DNA of 64,000 bases, taken from positions 80,724,001 to 80,788,000 of the forward strand of contig NC_092349.1 of the NCBI RefSeq assembly GCF_963676685.1, written 5' to 3'. The first letter of the stretch is position 1. The number at the start of each line of letters is the position of its first letter. A program made the position numbers and the translations under genes. The notes beneath the pieces were generated by a model. It saw only the letters and a list, made by a program, of their open reading frames with translations. It did no database searches and had not been told where the DNA came from. This DNA comes from Mytilus edulis. Lineage: Eukaryota. Positions 37,962 to 50,094 of this stretch are shown in pieces.

Positions 37962-39425
37962 AACTTATCCTTAATCAAGTATCAAATTTCTATCATCGTT
38001 TAATATCTTAAATGTCTATTTTATCTATCACTACTTTAGAATAAATATTAGATTTAAAAAAGTGCATTTTGTTTTATAACATAAACGGCATACAATAAAT
38101 GAAACAAAAACTTACTTCAGCGTTTAACCATTGCATTTCGGAGTACCATTGCAGTGCAGAGTCCTTCATATTAACTTCAAAATATGAACGCACAAGTACA
38201 TCATACCCAAAGCGCTATTTTCTATACTCTGTATCTACCTATCTGTCTATCTTTTCCATTTTCAGTATGGTTTCACCAGGTTTAGATTTTCATAACTATC
38301 TGCATTAAGAACCCGAAATGTCTATATATAAGTCCAATCGTTTGCTTTGAAGACACGATGATTTTTATCTTCGATTTGTATATACATGTATATATAAAAG
38401 TGCATAGTGTGATAAAGAAAATACACTTAATTCTTCTAACAAAATGTAATGGAGAACAATTTGATGAAGCATTATGTTAATTATAAAATTCAGAGACTGG
38501 TTAAGATGCATACTAGGTGAATAGACAGGTGTCGAAAAGAGTTGTCAAAATTCGACTGAGATAATCTTTCCTGGGGTAGAACTTCATAAGTAATACGAAA
38601 ATGTGAGAAAAACGAAAAAACATATCTGCTAAAAACTGGGATACAAAAGTTTACACTATGTTGTAATCTTCATCACTATAAAAACAACAAGGGAAAACAA
38701 AATTAGGAGATGACTGTATTGCATTGTAAGCTTGGGAAACGGATATTTGCGACAGTAAAATCAAGTTTTACGACGGTTAAGCTTAAAATATAGTAAATGT
38801 ATATATATTCCAATGCAGCATACTGAAATAAATTCCGTTCAATATATATTTTGGCTTAAAGTGTCATGAATGAAACCATTGCATTTTTAAACATCTAAAC
38901 ATTGTGACGTACATATGAGAAATTGTCAATGATAAAGCTTTGAAAAGTCAAAAGAGAATATTTTCACGCAAAAATTTCACTGGCTAATACATGTATCTCG
39001 AAAACATGCACATTGACCTATATATTTGTTTTTCTCTTTTGATTCCTTTATTAATCCTCTATCAATATAAACTAGTGTTTTGAAAAGTTAATTATTTTGA
39101 AACTGAGAAACGAACTTCCATAAGATATTTTGAAGATTCATTTTAAGTATAGGAATAATAAACCTTGATATGACCCGCCTATAGCTATGATATCAAAGGA
39201 CATAAAGTTTTCTGTTCTCTGCATGTATCCTTTCATTCGTTACTCTATCCTGTGTATCACATACATACATATATTTCATGTATATAAAACACCAGATCCT
39301 TAATTACACGTACAGATATGAAATTCCCCTTTTAAATTTTTATCTTTGGAAATGTCATGAAAGTGATAACGGCAGATAAGAAAAAAACATTATTTCACAA
39401 TTCCAGTTAACGTTTACCTATAAAC

Positions 39426-40526
39426 ATGGATAATACAATGTTAAATAAATTGTATAAAGACAATGTTAAAATGACAAGAAACGAAAGAAAACAGAATGTT
39501 GAATTTGTGATTTCTATCGTCAATCAAATTTTCCAGAACATCCACGAAAAAGACAGGCGGTTTAAAACACAAATGCTGCATTTTGGTAGTTACTATTCTC
39601 GTCTAAAAGTGTCCCGAACAGACGAGTTTGACTATAGTGGTGTGTTATATGTAGACTTTCGGAAAACCAGCTTGTTATGAATATAATGAAAACAAAAAAG
39701 TGGTTAGTACGTCGATTTCTCTCCCGTCACCTGCTGCAGGAAAATCTTTTACACAGATGCCAGAGCTCATACAAAAGTGGAACAATGAACGTTTAAACGA
39801 CAGCTTGTTTGACAATTGGTGACCACATTGTACCTATAAAAGTTATAAGAAGATTTAAAGCACTCGTCAGTGAAGCTGTAAACCGACCGCAAATACGACA
39901 ATATGTCGAAGTGGAAAACTATCCGAATCACCTGCCGTTACTTTAACGATAAAACATACCACAATTACAACAGCAGTAATCAGTGTAGATCTCTCACCTC
40001 TAATTGAAGCACACCTTCAATTCAAACCAGAATTTGGTTGACCGAGATTCGGAGTTAACTGGCCATCGTGGACTAAAACGAACGAAATTGAAAGAGAAGG
40101 AATTCATCAAGTTGCTAAAGATCCATTGTATTGGTCAATGTCGTTCGTAACATGTGAAAAGAAGTTGCTAGATGGCATTGACTAATATGGTACTTGTCGT
40201 AAAAAAGTCAACGAATAATGAAGAAACTTAGAGAAATATGGTGTCCGAAAGGAACAAAACAGGAACTTACTTCGTATCATCTTAAAAATATTCTTTTCTG
40301 GGAATGTGAAAATCATCCATATGATTCAGAGTGGACTAATGACAAGCTTTCTGTAAGAGTTGAGTCAATGTGTTATCTGACCATACAACACATACAGCGA
40401 GGTAAACTGCCCTTATACTTCCAGGGGTAAATTTGCTGGAGAATAAGGACAAAAATGTTCTATAAAGGCAGGTTGAACAGAACATTTTGAAATTTTTGAA
40501 AGACCTAGGACATAATATTATTTTGA
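39426..40526 (+). pseudogene. cGLR pseudogene (several deletions and stops)
   Basis: MDNTMLNKLYKDNVKM...FGSYY...DEFD, deletion and stop at ~39655-39680, GGTTGACCG (W->*), TAA at ~40183, frameshifts. The C-terminal ORF is 40218-40430. Confidence 0.9.
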
Positions 40527-41390
40527 ATCATTATTTCCAATAATTAAAAGTATTTGTTATTTACATTATATAAAATGGTACTTTGCCGTATCGTTATACG
40601 AAATTAACTGTTGAAAGTGACCTGTGTAGTGAACAGTTAAGACACAAAAAAAATGAAAAACCCAAACAATCCATATTGCTTATAAACTGGGGTTGTAATT
40701 TAAAACGATAGAATTGATTAAAAATTTGCCAGATAATGTTTATATCTTTAAAAAAACAAATACAAAAGAAAGGGTCAAGGAGCTTTTTCTAAACTTTAGG
40801 TTATGCAAAATTGTCACAATTGGTACAGACAATAAATAATTAAAAAAAAACATTATTATATGGTTTCAGAAAACAAAATGAAAACAGTTAGAACTCGTTT
40901 CTTGCTTCTAAATATATAAATTTATTACACATACCTTTATATAAGTTTCAATACGGGAGCTCATCCCCAGTTTTGGCTGAGGTTCGTGCTGGTTGGGCTT
41001 TAGTTTTATGTGTTTTGTTTTATGTGCCTTTTTGTAATGTTTTTTTTGTCAGTTTGTGTTCGATTTATAAGTTTTTATTTTCGTAGAATATCTTTCGCCT
41101 CTCTCTCTTATCTGTAGTGGAAAATAAGAACAATTGGACATCATTTGTATAAACTACTGTTTTTGCAACATCGTGTTGATAAGAATAAGAACACTTTTAA
41201 TAAGTGAAACCAAGTAAAAATATTAAAGGATATTTAAGATAAAATTAAAACACAAAACTTGAAATAGGGGGTCTTTATCCAAAGCGTTTGTGTGCGAAAC
41301 TTATCTCTTTCCTTATCTGCATGATGTAATTTATTTTTTATCATTGATTTTAAAATACAGCGAGTTCGGTATTTGTAATATCTTACTATT

Positions 41391-41442
41391 AACTTTCACT
41401 TCCGCTATGTTATTTGACGACAGGAGAGCGTGAAAGTGAAAA
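41391..41442. promoter_or_regulatory. IRF/ETS composite-like plus ISRE-like motifs
   Basis: AACTTTCACTTCC (GGAAGTGAAAGTT on -) and GTGAAAGTGAAAA on +, ~30 bp apart. Confidence 0.5.
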
Positions 41443-43040
41443 TATTCAACTCCTTCATATGTTTTCTACTTGTGGCCATTGTTAAACCAATTACGTTGAC
41501 CGTTTCCTTTTCCCCTTCTTGTAGCATCCACTTATCTAAGAATGGTATTACAATACGTTACTTTTCCTAAATTGAATATAATCATGTTTTGATATAATCT
41601 TGACAATGCCAGCACTTCATTGGTTTGAACTCAAGGACATTTTTCACATGAGGATATAATAGTAAAACCACCCATATTGATTTTCATATTTAGCTACTTC
41701 TACATTTTGTTTCGACAAGGGAAATGCAAAACATGACTTCAATCATATTGTGCACAATATATAACCTAAAATGATATATGAATTGTAATCCTAATCTTTC
41801 CACGGATTCACATCAAACGAAAAAATGAAGATATGCACAATATGAACGGTGACAGCCTTTTGATTAGAAATTTAAGGTTTGTCTATATCTTATTAAATTC
41901 AAATCGTAGACTAGAGAATCTTCTATGTGTATGTATATGGGCAAAGTATATAGTTTGGTATAGCAAACACATATTATCATTCAGACAAACAAAAATGGGA
42001 ACACAAAACTTTTAGTCCCGATATTTCATCAACTTTAGGTACTGCTTTTTGAAGGAAATGCAGATAAATGAATAAGTGGAGAACTTGCACGTAAATATCA
42101 TTTTCGGAATGTGTCAAAGAGGCAACAACCAGCTCAAAGAGCAGAAAACAGCAGAAGACCACCAATGGGTCTTCAGCACAGCAAGAAAATCCCGCACCGG
42201 GAGGTAGGATTCAGTCGATCATGTTCAAGACCGTTCGTTACCTGTCTAGGTGTATATTCAATTATACACCTAAAATGATACTTGTGTTATTTCATCTTTC
42301 ATTCAACTGCTTTAAGACTGGTCAGATTATTAGAAGTCATCAGTAAAGTCAATTCTGATTTATCCTTTTTCGAAAATCAAATATACAAAAATAAGCTGAT
42401 TAAAATTTATGTGTTTATTCGTGTTATCTAATACACATGACTGTTTTGGCTTATTCACGTGTACATTCACATGTATGCTTTTGTTTATTTAGAAAACATT
42501 CACCATTAGTCGTGATTGGACCTTCAAAATTTGACAATTTTTTAGTTCAAAATTGAAACTTATTTAACATGAATTTCCAAAGCGGGAATAGTTTTCTTAG
42601 TTTATCAAACTACTGTTTATTCGAAGCTCAGTTTTCGGTGCAGCTTATCCATCGCCCAACCCAATAACTATTTGTAAGGAGAATGAATATAAGTTTCATT
42701 TATTTGTATACTGAATATTTTTGTTTTGTTTCTGTAGATATTTCAGCATAGCAACGGACAGTAGATATGTTATATATAACTGAGACTATCTATATATGTT
42801 TGTTTAATCAATTTTGGAAATTTAGCTGCCCTGGCGAGCTGATCCCGTAATGATATGGGGTTTTCGTTTAATGTATACTAGCATGAGTGTAGTGGAGAAT
42901 GTAAACAACAATGTTAAAGCCTTCCATGAGTTAACCTATACAGTACAGAACGCTATAAAAGACAAACTGTGAATCAATTCAAAAGAAAAACAAAGCAATG
43001 CTCTTCAAATTAATTTGGCTTTTCTACTGTTTTGATTTTA

Positions 43041-43084
43041 ACGCTTCTGATGAGTCTTTTGTAGACAAAACGCCCGTATGGCGT
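43041..43084 (+). ncRNA. Degenerate hammerhead ribozyme (family 1)
   Basis: CUGAUGA GUC-UUUUGUA-GAC AAAA CGCCCGUA UGGCGU. The GAAA->AAAA change removes G12. Confidence 0.5.
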
Positions 43085-44274
43085 ACACAATGTTTGTTTT
43101 GGCATCTTTTATGATTTTATTCACGAAAAACCCAAATGGTATTGGCAACCAACGAAAACCATCGGATAGCATAATCCTTGCTTCGGACGGTAAAAAAAAA
43201 TGTTACAGATTTTGTTGCCTGCAAAATTTTGATTGCCACATGAAAAAGGGTAAGTTCGGAAGGGTGCACTATACTCTTAAGTCGGGTTAGTGTAAGGGTT
43301 AGGATTAGCCTTGATTTAAAATGATACATTTATCTGACCATTTTTTAATAATCGGGATGGGTTTTATTCCAAATAAATAAATGAAATGTTCTCTAAGTTG
43401 ATATATCTTTAAGAATTTCTCATAGTTGGTTTCAGGGATGGGCATGATTACTGACAAATGTAATCGATTAATAATCGATTACATGAAGGATTTTTGTGCA
43501 ATCGATTAATAATCGATTACACTTATTTTTGTATGTAATTGATTACAATCGATTACTTTATCAAAAGTAATTACATTACTTTTCGATTACTGTCGATTAC
43601 ATACTATAAAATGATGAAGAAAGTTTAAACACAACTATGCTGCTTAACTTATTTAGAGTATAAATTTAGAACATTTTTAAAGCATGGTTTCAAAATGTTA
43701 TTTTGTCAGTTGTTTTCTAGATGGATGCTCTTCTCTCACAGTATGTTTAAACTATTTAAAGTTCTTAAGTCAGTGATGATAAACATGCATATGCTTGGAA
43801 TGACATAGACCATTGCATCAATTGCTTCTTTATATTACAGGTCATTTTCATAATAGTTTGCACATTTTTGCTGTCATACTGACTTAAGTTTGATTTTAAT
43901 TTATTTTTATTAGACATATTTGAATAAAATTCTTTGCAATGTGAGAGGTTTCCTCTGAAAACAATATATATATAAAAAAAAATAAAAAATTAGTTGATCT
44001 AATTTTAAAAGAAGGAAATTTATAATTTATAGTAACATGAATGAATTCATCCTCTTGTTTGGATAATCCCCATAATTACACCTTATAAAACTGTCAATGG
44101 AGAACAATTTATAACCTTATAATGTAATAAATCTCTCACTTATGATTAATTAGAAATATTGAAATCAAAACATAGTCTGTGTCTCATTGATTAGAAGTCT
44201 TTGATCATCTGATTAGTAAAATCAATGAACAATACACATTTTAGTGTCTTATTGAAAGTAAAGCTTTAAAGTTA

Positions 44275-44949
44275 ATAGTTATCAAAGGTACCAGGATTAT
44301 AATTTAGTACGCCAGACGCGCGTTTCGTCTACATAAGACTCATCAGTGACGTTCATATCAAAATATTTATAAAGCCAAACAATAAAAAAGTTGAAGAGCA
44401 TTGAGGATCCAAAATTCCAAAACGTTGTGCCAAATACGGCTAAGGTAATCTATGCCTGGGATAAGAAAATCCTTAGTTTTTCGAAAAATTCAAAGTTTGG
44501 TAGACAGGTAATTTATAAAAATGACCACATTATTGATTTTCATGTCAACACCGAAATGTTGACTACTGGGCTGGTTATACCCTTGGGGACGAAACGTCCA
44601 CCAGCAGTGGCATCGACCTAGTGGTGTAAATAGTTATCAAAGGTACCAGGATTATTATTTAGTACGCCAGACGCGCGTTTGGTCTACATAAGACTCATCA
44701 GTGACGCTCATATCAAAATATTTATAAAGCCAAACAATAAAAAAGTTGAAGAGCATTGAGGATCCAAAATTCCAAAACGTTGTGCCAAATACGGCTACGG
44801 TCATCTATGCCTGGGATAAGAAAATCCTTAGTTTTTCGAAAAATTCAAAGTTTGGTAGACAGGTAATTTATAAAAATGACCACATTATTGATATTCATGT
44901 CAACACCGAAATGTTGACTACTGGGCTGGTGATACCCTCGGGGACGAAA
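44275..44949 (-). mobile_element. Non-LTR retrozyme-like tandem repeat (family 1, 355-bp unit, ~1.9 units)
   Basis: Near-identical direct repeat with hammerhead motifs at 44309-44352 and 44664-44706. Confidence 0.85.
44309..44352 (-). ncRNA. Type I hammerhead ribozyme, intact
   Basis: ACGUCA CUGAUGA GUC-UUAUGUA-GAC GAAA CGCGC GUC^ UGGCGU: 6-bp stem I, 3-bp stem II, palindromic stem III (ACGCGCGU), GUC cleavage triplet. Confidence 0.88.
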
Positions 44950-45158
44950 GAATTTTATTACAATAACGCATACTACTTCAATGTAGTATATAACGTAACT
45001 TGTTACAAAATGATAGAAATTATTATAAATTAAGGAATGTATCTCCCTCATGCAAAGCTCTGATTCCTTTCATGGATTTGGCTATACTTTTTGGACCTTA
45101 TGGATTATAGCTCTTCATCTTTTATATAAGCTTTGGATTTCAAATATTTTGGCCACGA

Positions 45159-45202
45159 GCATCACTGAAGAGACATGTATTGTCGAAATGCGCATTTGGT
45201 GC
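45159..45202 (+). ncRNA. Type I hammerhead ribozyme (family 2)
   Basis: GCAUCA CUGAAGA GAC-AUGUAUU-GUC GAAA UGCGC AUU^ UGGUGC: CUGANGA and GAAA cores, palindromic stem III (AUGCGCAU). Confidence 0.8.
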
Positions 45203-46180
45203 AAGAAAATTGGTACCGTTAATTTTATTACAAAATGTAGGACTACATGTATTTTCATATTCTGAATCTATTTTCTTATTTTCAACACTTTTGGGTATTA
45301 TATAAAAGGTCTAGAAGTATTGACAAACATTTAAAGTCCCTTATTTCAAAAGCTGGAAATATAGTAAATTTTGTACGGAGATCTGATTGATCTTAATGTA
45401 AATTTAAATAAGGTATATGATAAACTCTCAAGTAAAATTAATACACTATATTTTATCAGTACTATAAACTGATGAATACATGCAGTTGTCTATTTTCATT
45501 TAAATTATAGGTTTTATTTTATTAAACTATTTAACTAAAGTTATCGAAATGTAATCGAAAGTAATCGATGATTACATCATAATTTTTGCTGTAATCGATT
45601 AAATAACGATTACATGTAATCGAAAAAACGGTCGATTACAGATTACTGTCGAATACTTGAAAAAATGTAATTAATTACAATCGATTACGATTACAGATTA
45701 CGATTATCCCATCCCTGGTTGGTTTTAGATTTTATCCGTTCATCAATTTCCAAAAACGAAAGTAAGAAGATTAAAATCGGAAACTGAACCATTGCCAAAT
45801 AGAAAAAAAAACCAATAAAAAACACTTTACTGCACAAAAAGTTATTGATAAACACAAAAGAGCACAACTAGATGATCGGAGCTAATTTTATGCCAATACT
45901 TCCCATTTTCCTAATCTGGTTACTCCTCTTAAAATCAATTGATAAATCACAAATGTAATTGATGCATGAAACAGCGGCGGATTTGTAGTTGTATATATAT
46001 TCTTGCAATCAATAATATTTTGCCAAACTTTATTATAAGAATTAAAATTAAAATATGATTAAAACACAAGCGTTCTAATTGTGAAAGCACATAAAAAATA
46101 CCCTCTCAAGTCCTATCATATTGAATTTAAACTTTTGTTTCATCCATTTGGACAATAAAATTAACGGTACCAATTTTCTT

Positions 46181-46224
46181 GCACCAGATGCGAATTTCGA
46201 CAATACATGTCTCTTCAGTGATGC
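46181..46224 (-). ncRNA. Type I hammerhead ribozyme (family 2) within repeat 46154-46472
   Basis: GCAUCA CUGAAGA GAC-AUGUAUU-GUC GAAA UUCGC AUC^ UGGUGC. Confidence 0.8.
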
Positions 46225-46472
46225 TCGTGGCCAAAATATTTGAAATCCAAAGCTTATATAAAAGATAAAGAGCTATAATCCAAAAGATCCAAAAAGTATA
46301 GCCAAATCCGTGAAAGGAATCAGAGCTTTGCATGAGGGAGATACATTCCTTAATTTATAATAATTTCGAATATTTCGTAACAGCAAATTTTAATAACACA
46401 AAAAATCCGTATTTTCATGCCAGTACCGAAGTACTGGCTACTGGGGTGGTGATACCCTCGGGGACTAATAGT

Positions 46473-46923
46473 CCTCCCTAAAACACTATCGTCAGCCCTA
46501 TATTGACTGATATCCCGAATCTGTACAAGAGCTTGTTCAGTACCATTGGATCATTTTGAAAACCCCTTGTGTTATCAATCTAAATCTAGGGATATTAGAT
46601 AACTGTAGCCTAAGTATTGCCTTTGTTAAATCACATCTATTTTTAGAAATGAAAGTCCCCTTTTTTATTTTATATATTCATTTCTCGATAATTAACAGCC
46701 CTCCCTAAAAAAAGTAACCTCAGCCCTACATTGACTACAATTCTGAATCTATAAGGGAGGTTGCTTTATATTCAAGTACCATTGGGTTATTTTGAAAACC
46801 CTTTTGTTATCAATTCAAATCTATTGATATTAAATTACAGTAGCCTAAGTATTGCCTTTGTTATATTACATCTATTTTTAGAAATGAAAGTCCCCTTTTC
46901 TATTTTATATATTCATTTCTCGA
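46473..46923 (+). repeat. Tandem duplication (~220-230 bp x2) of the proximal upstream region
   Basis: 46473-46688 matches 46700-46923. Each unit contains GAAATGAAAGTCCCC. Confidence 0.85.
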
Positions 46924-46995
46924 AAATGATATTGATACATTTTGAAAAATGACAAAGTATTAATTTCATTATTCCAATAAGGTTTAAATGTAAAT

Positions 46996-48110
46996 ATGGA
47001 TAATACAATGTTGGAGACATTTTATAAAAACAATGTTAAATTGACAAAAGATGAAACAAAGGAGATTCTTGATTTTGTCAAACCTATCATAGATTATATT
47101 GTTCAGTACGTCCATGAGAAGGACAAGCGGTTTAAACTTCACCAACTGAATGTCGTGAGTTACTATTCCCGTCTTAAAGTGTCTCGAGCAGACGAGTTTG
47201 ATTATAGCATTGTGTTGGACTCAGAACCATATTGGGGTTGGACAACCGTGACACCGGCTTATTATAAATTCGATGGGAATAAGGAGGTGGTTCAATCATT
47301 AAGTCCACTACCGCCAGCACCCGTTGGGGAATACGTTACTAACTTTTCAGCGACTATACCCGAGTGGAATAAAAAACGTTTAAATGAGGGACCTGCTTGC
47401 TTGACAATTGGTTATCACATAATACCACTGAAAGTTAAAAAAAGATTTAAAGCACTAGTCAGTGAAACTGTTAAGCAACCATGTATACGTCAATATGTTG
47501 ATGCAAAACGATTATCTGAGTCACCTGCCGTGACATTGACGATAGCTGATCCCAATGTTGCAGCAGAACCAATAAGTGTAGACCTCGCACCTCTTATTGA
47601 AGCACACCTTCCATTCAGACCAGAGTTTAATTGGCATAGACCAGGGGTCGGATGGCCATCTAGTACACAGATTAAAGATTTAAAAGATGAAGGTATACAC
47701 TTGGTTGCTAAAGATCCTGAATATTGGTCTTTATCATTCGTCACATGTGAAAAAAATTGTTAGAAAGCACGGAAACAACGGGAACATGCCGAAATAAAAG
47801 TCATCGAATAATGAAGAAACTGCGTGAAATTTGGTGTCCAAAAGGAACAAAACAGGTTCTCACCTCGTACCATATCAAAAACATTTATTTCTGGGAATGT
47901 GAATATCAGCCGGATGAATCGGATTGGACTAAAGAACAACTAGCTGTCAGAGTTGAGTCTATGTGTGAATTGCTTATTAAATTCATAGGGAATTGGAACC
48001 TTCCTGTATACTTCCACACAGGGATCAATTTGTTAAAGAATAAGGACAAACAAGTGTTTGGCAATGTTCAACAGGATATTCGTATTTTTTTGGAAAACCC
48101 GGAAGACTTT
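46996..48110 (+). CDS. Divergent cGLR; -1 frameshift in an A7 run, G->V in the GS motif, 3' end runs into the assembly gap
   Basis: ORFs 46996-47763 and 47757-gap join if one A is added at 47750-47756 (CEKKLLES...). It has LNVVSYY in place of LNVGSYY. Confidence 0.75.
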
Positions 48111-48267
48111 NNNNNNNNNNNNNNNNNNNNNNNNNNNNNNNNNNNNNNNNNNNNNNNNNNNNNNNNNNNNNNNNNNNNNNNNNNNNNNNNNNNNNNNNNN
48201 NNNNNNNNNNNNNNNNNNNNNNNNNNNNNNNNNNNNNNNNNNNNNNNNNNNNNNNNNNNNNNNNNNN
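48111..48267. other. Assembly gap (157 N)
   Basis: Run of N. Confidence 1.
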
Positions 48268-48481
48268 TCGAGATATAGATCTAGTTGTTTACAGACCTGC
48301 TTAAAATTTTAAATTGTCTTAAGTTCTCAGCACAAAGTAGCGCTTAAACAGATGTTCAATGTTAACAATACTTTAGGCGAATCAAATATTAATAATATAT
48401 GACCTTCTATAAAGTTATATAAAACCGAGTCCTCTGAGTTTTATTGTTACTCCTTCATTGTAATTAAACCTGACAGGTGAC

Positions 48482-48532
48482 CATATGATCATCATAAAAC
48501 TTATCCAGAAGAGTGTTCAACTTGCGCATCAT
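48482..48532 (-). pseudogene. N-terminal stub of a third minus-strand cGLR
   Basis: Minus strand encodes MMRKLNTLLDKFYDDHM (compare MDNTLLNRFYDDHV). The upstream region 48545-48760 matches 55050-55260. Confidence 0.75.
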
Positions 48533-50094
48533 TTACTTCTAAGAGTAAAGGAAGTTTGACAAATAGATTTGCAGCTCAGTTTCGATTTAATTGAATAGAA
48601 ATATGTGGAAGTTTCCAGTCTATATTTAGATATGAAAAAATACAGGTATTTGTAACGGTAGTAACATATTTAATTTTTTCCGGAAAATCAACTAAATATG
48701 TTTCATTCTTTTGCAATTTAAATTTATATGACCTAGTATTAAATGTGGATCCTATTTGATTGAAGGCAGTTCTAGTGTTAAAATTCAAACTCCGGTTAGT
48801 TGATTATATATTTGATTTGAGTTCACCACGAGATAATAAAGCAAAGAGTTTTATTGATTAAATTGTTAGATATGCATAATTGAGCAAGTTTCGAGCTAAA
48901 TTTAAATGATAGTATGAGCTCCAGCGAAAGTTCTAGTTACAGTTACATTGTGAGTTTCAATATGAATTTGGGTTACAATTCTAGTAAAGCCTTAAAAGAT
49001 AACTTCAAAATAATACTACCTTCAGTATCAAAAAGACGTTCATAGCAGAAACAAGTGCTGGCAACAGATGTTCAATGTCAATCTATCTTTTCACACATTA
49101 ATATAAGTATAGATATTGCCAGTGTTTGTGTTGTTCAGTGGTTTTTTTTATTATTAAAGTGCCTCTTTAACTGTTGATTGTCTGCTGGTTTTGTTTTGTC
49201 ATGATGTTTTTCTAGTCTTTTTTATGTAGCAATTGACTCTTTGCTCTCTTATCTCCTTATTATAATTTATAATTAAACATTTTACTCTCATGCCTTTCTT
49301 AATCTCTTCATTGATAAAATTAGTAATCATACGGGTTTCCTAGCCACAACACCACGTTCAATCAACACTTTTTTTGCAGGAAAATGGCAGTTGTTATCTG
49401 ATAGTTATTTTATGTGTGTGTTGCATTGTCGTTTTTGTTTGTTTGTTGCATTTCAATGTTTTTGTTGTTTCGTTGGTTTCTACCCGGATTTGTTTTTTCT
49501 GGATCGATTGATGACTTTTAAACAGCGGTATACTACTGTTACCTTTATTTTAACTCTTAAAGCAAAATCAGATTTTAATATTCCTTGCATGACCATTTTC
49601 GTCATACAAAAATAGCTCCTCTTTCATTCTAGCTTTTATTTATTAAATTATTTGTCAAAACAAATTTCTAAAAACACAAAATTTAAAGTTTTGATTTATA
49701 TTACATTCGAGATGTTAGGTACTGCGTTTTATTTACTTGAGTTTAGATAAACACTAACTAGATGGTCAATGCTCCGAATCTAGTATACTATAATTGATAT
49801 CTTTTGTTTTCAATTTGTATCGACCTTTTTTTTAAAGAAATTATTGAATTCATACTAGCCAGTTAGTCGCAACATCCTCATGGAAAAGACAGACATATGT
49901 TTTAAAGCCTTCTGAACCTTTTATGATTTACTCTTGTGTAATAGTTTTCTTATATTTGATACGTTTCCCTCAGTTTTAGTTTGTAACCCAGATTTGTTTT
50001 TTCTCTATCAATTTGTGAATTTCGAACAGGGGTATACTACTGTTGACTTTATTTATTCAAATATCAAGAACATAATCACCTAGATCTGTGGTGT

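Larger units (their letters stand above)
43433..45717. mobile_element. Non-autonomous hAT-type transposon with nested retrozyme insertions
   Basis: TIR CAGGGATGGG...CCCATCCCTG, perfect 8-bp TSD GTTGGTTT (43425-43432 and 45718-45725), and subterminal (AATCGATTAC)-type repeats at both ends. Confidence 0.9.

Noticed and set aside
33595-46333. Repeated small ORFs (MKSIEDPKFQ..., MQSSDSFHGF...) as a novel small-protein family
   Set aside because: They lie within hammerhead-containing repeats. Their recurrence reflects repeat copy number, and their ends differ between copies.
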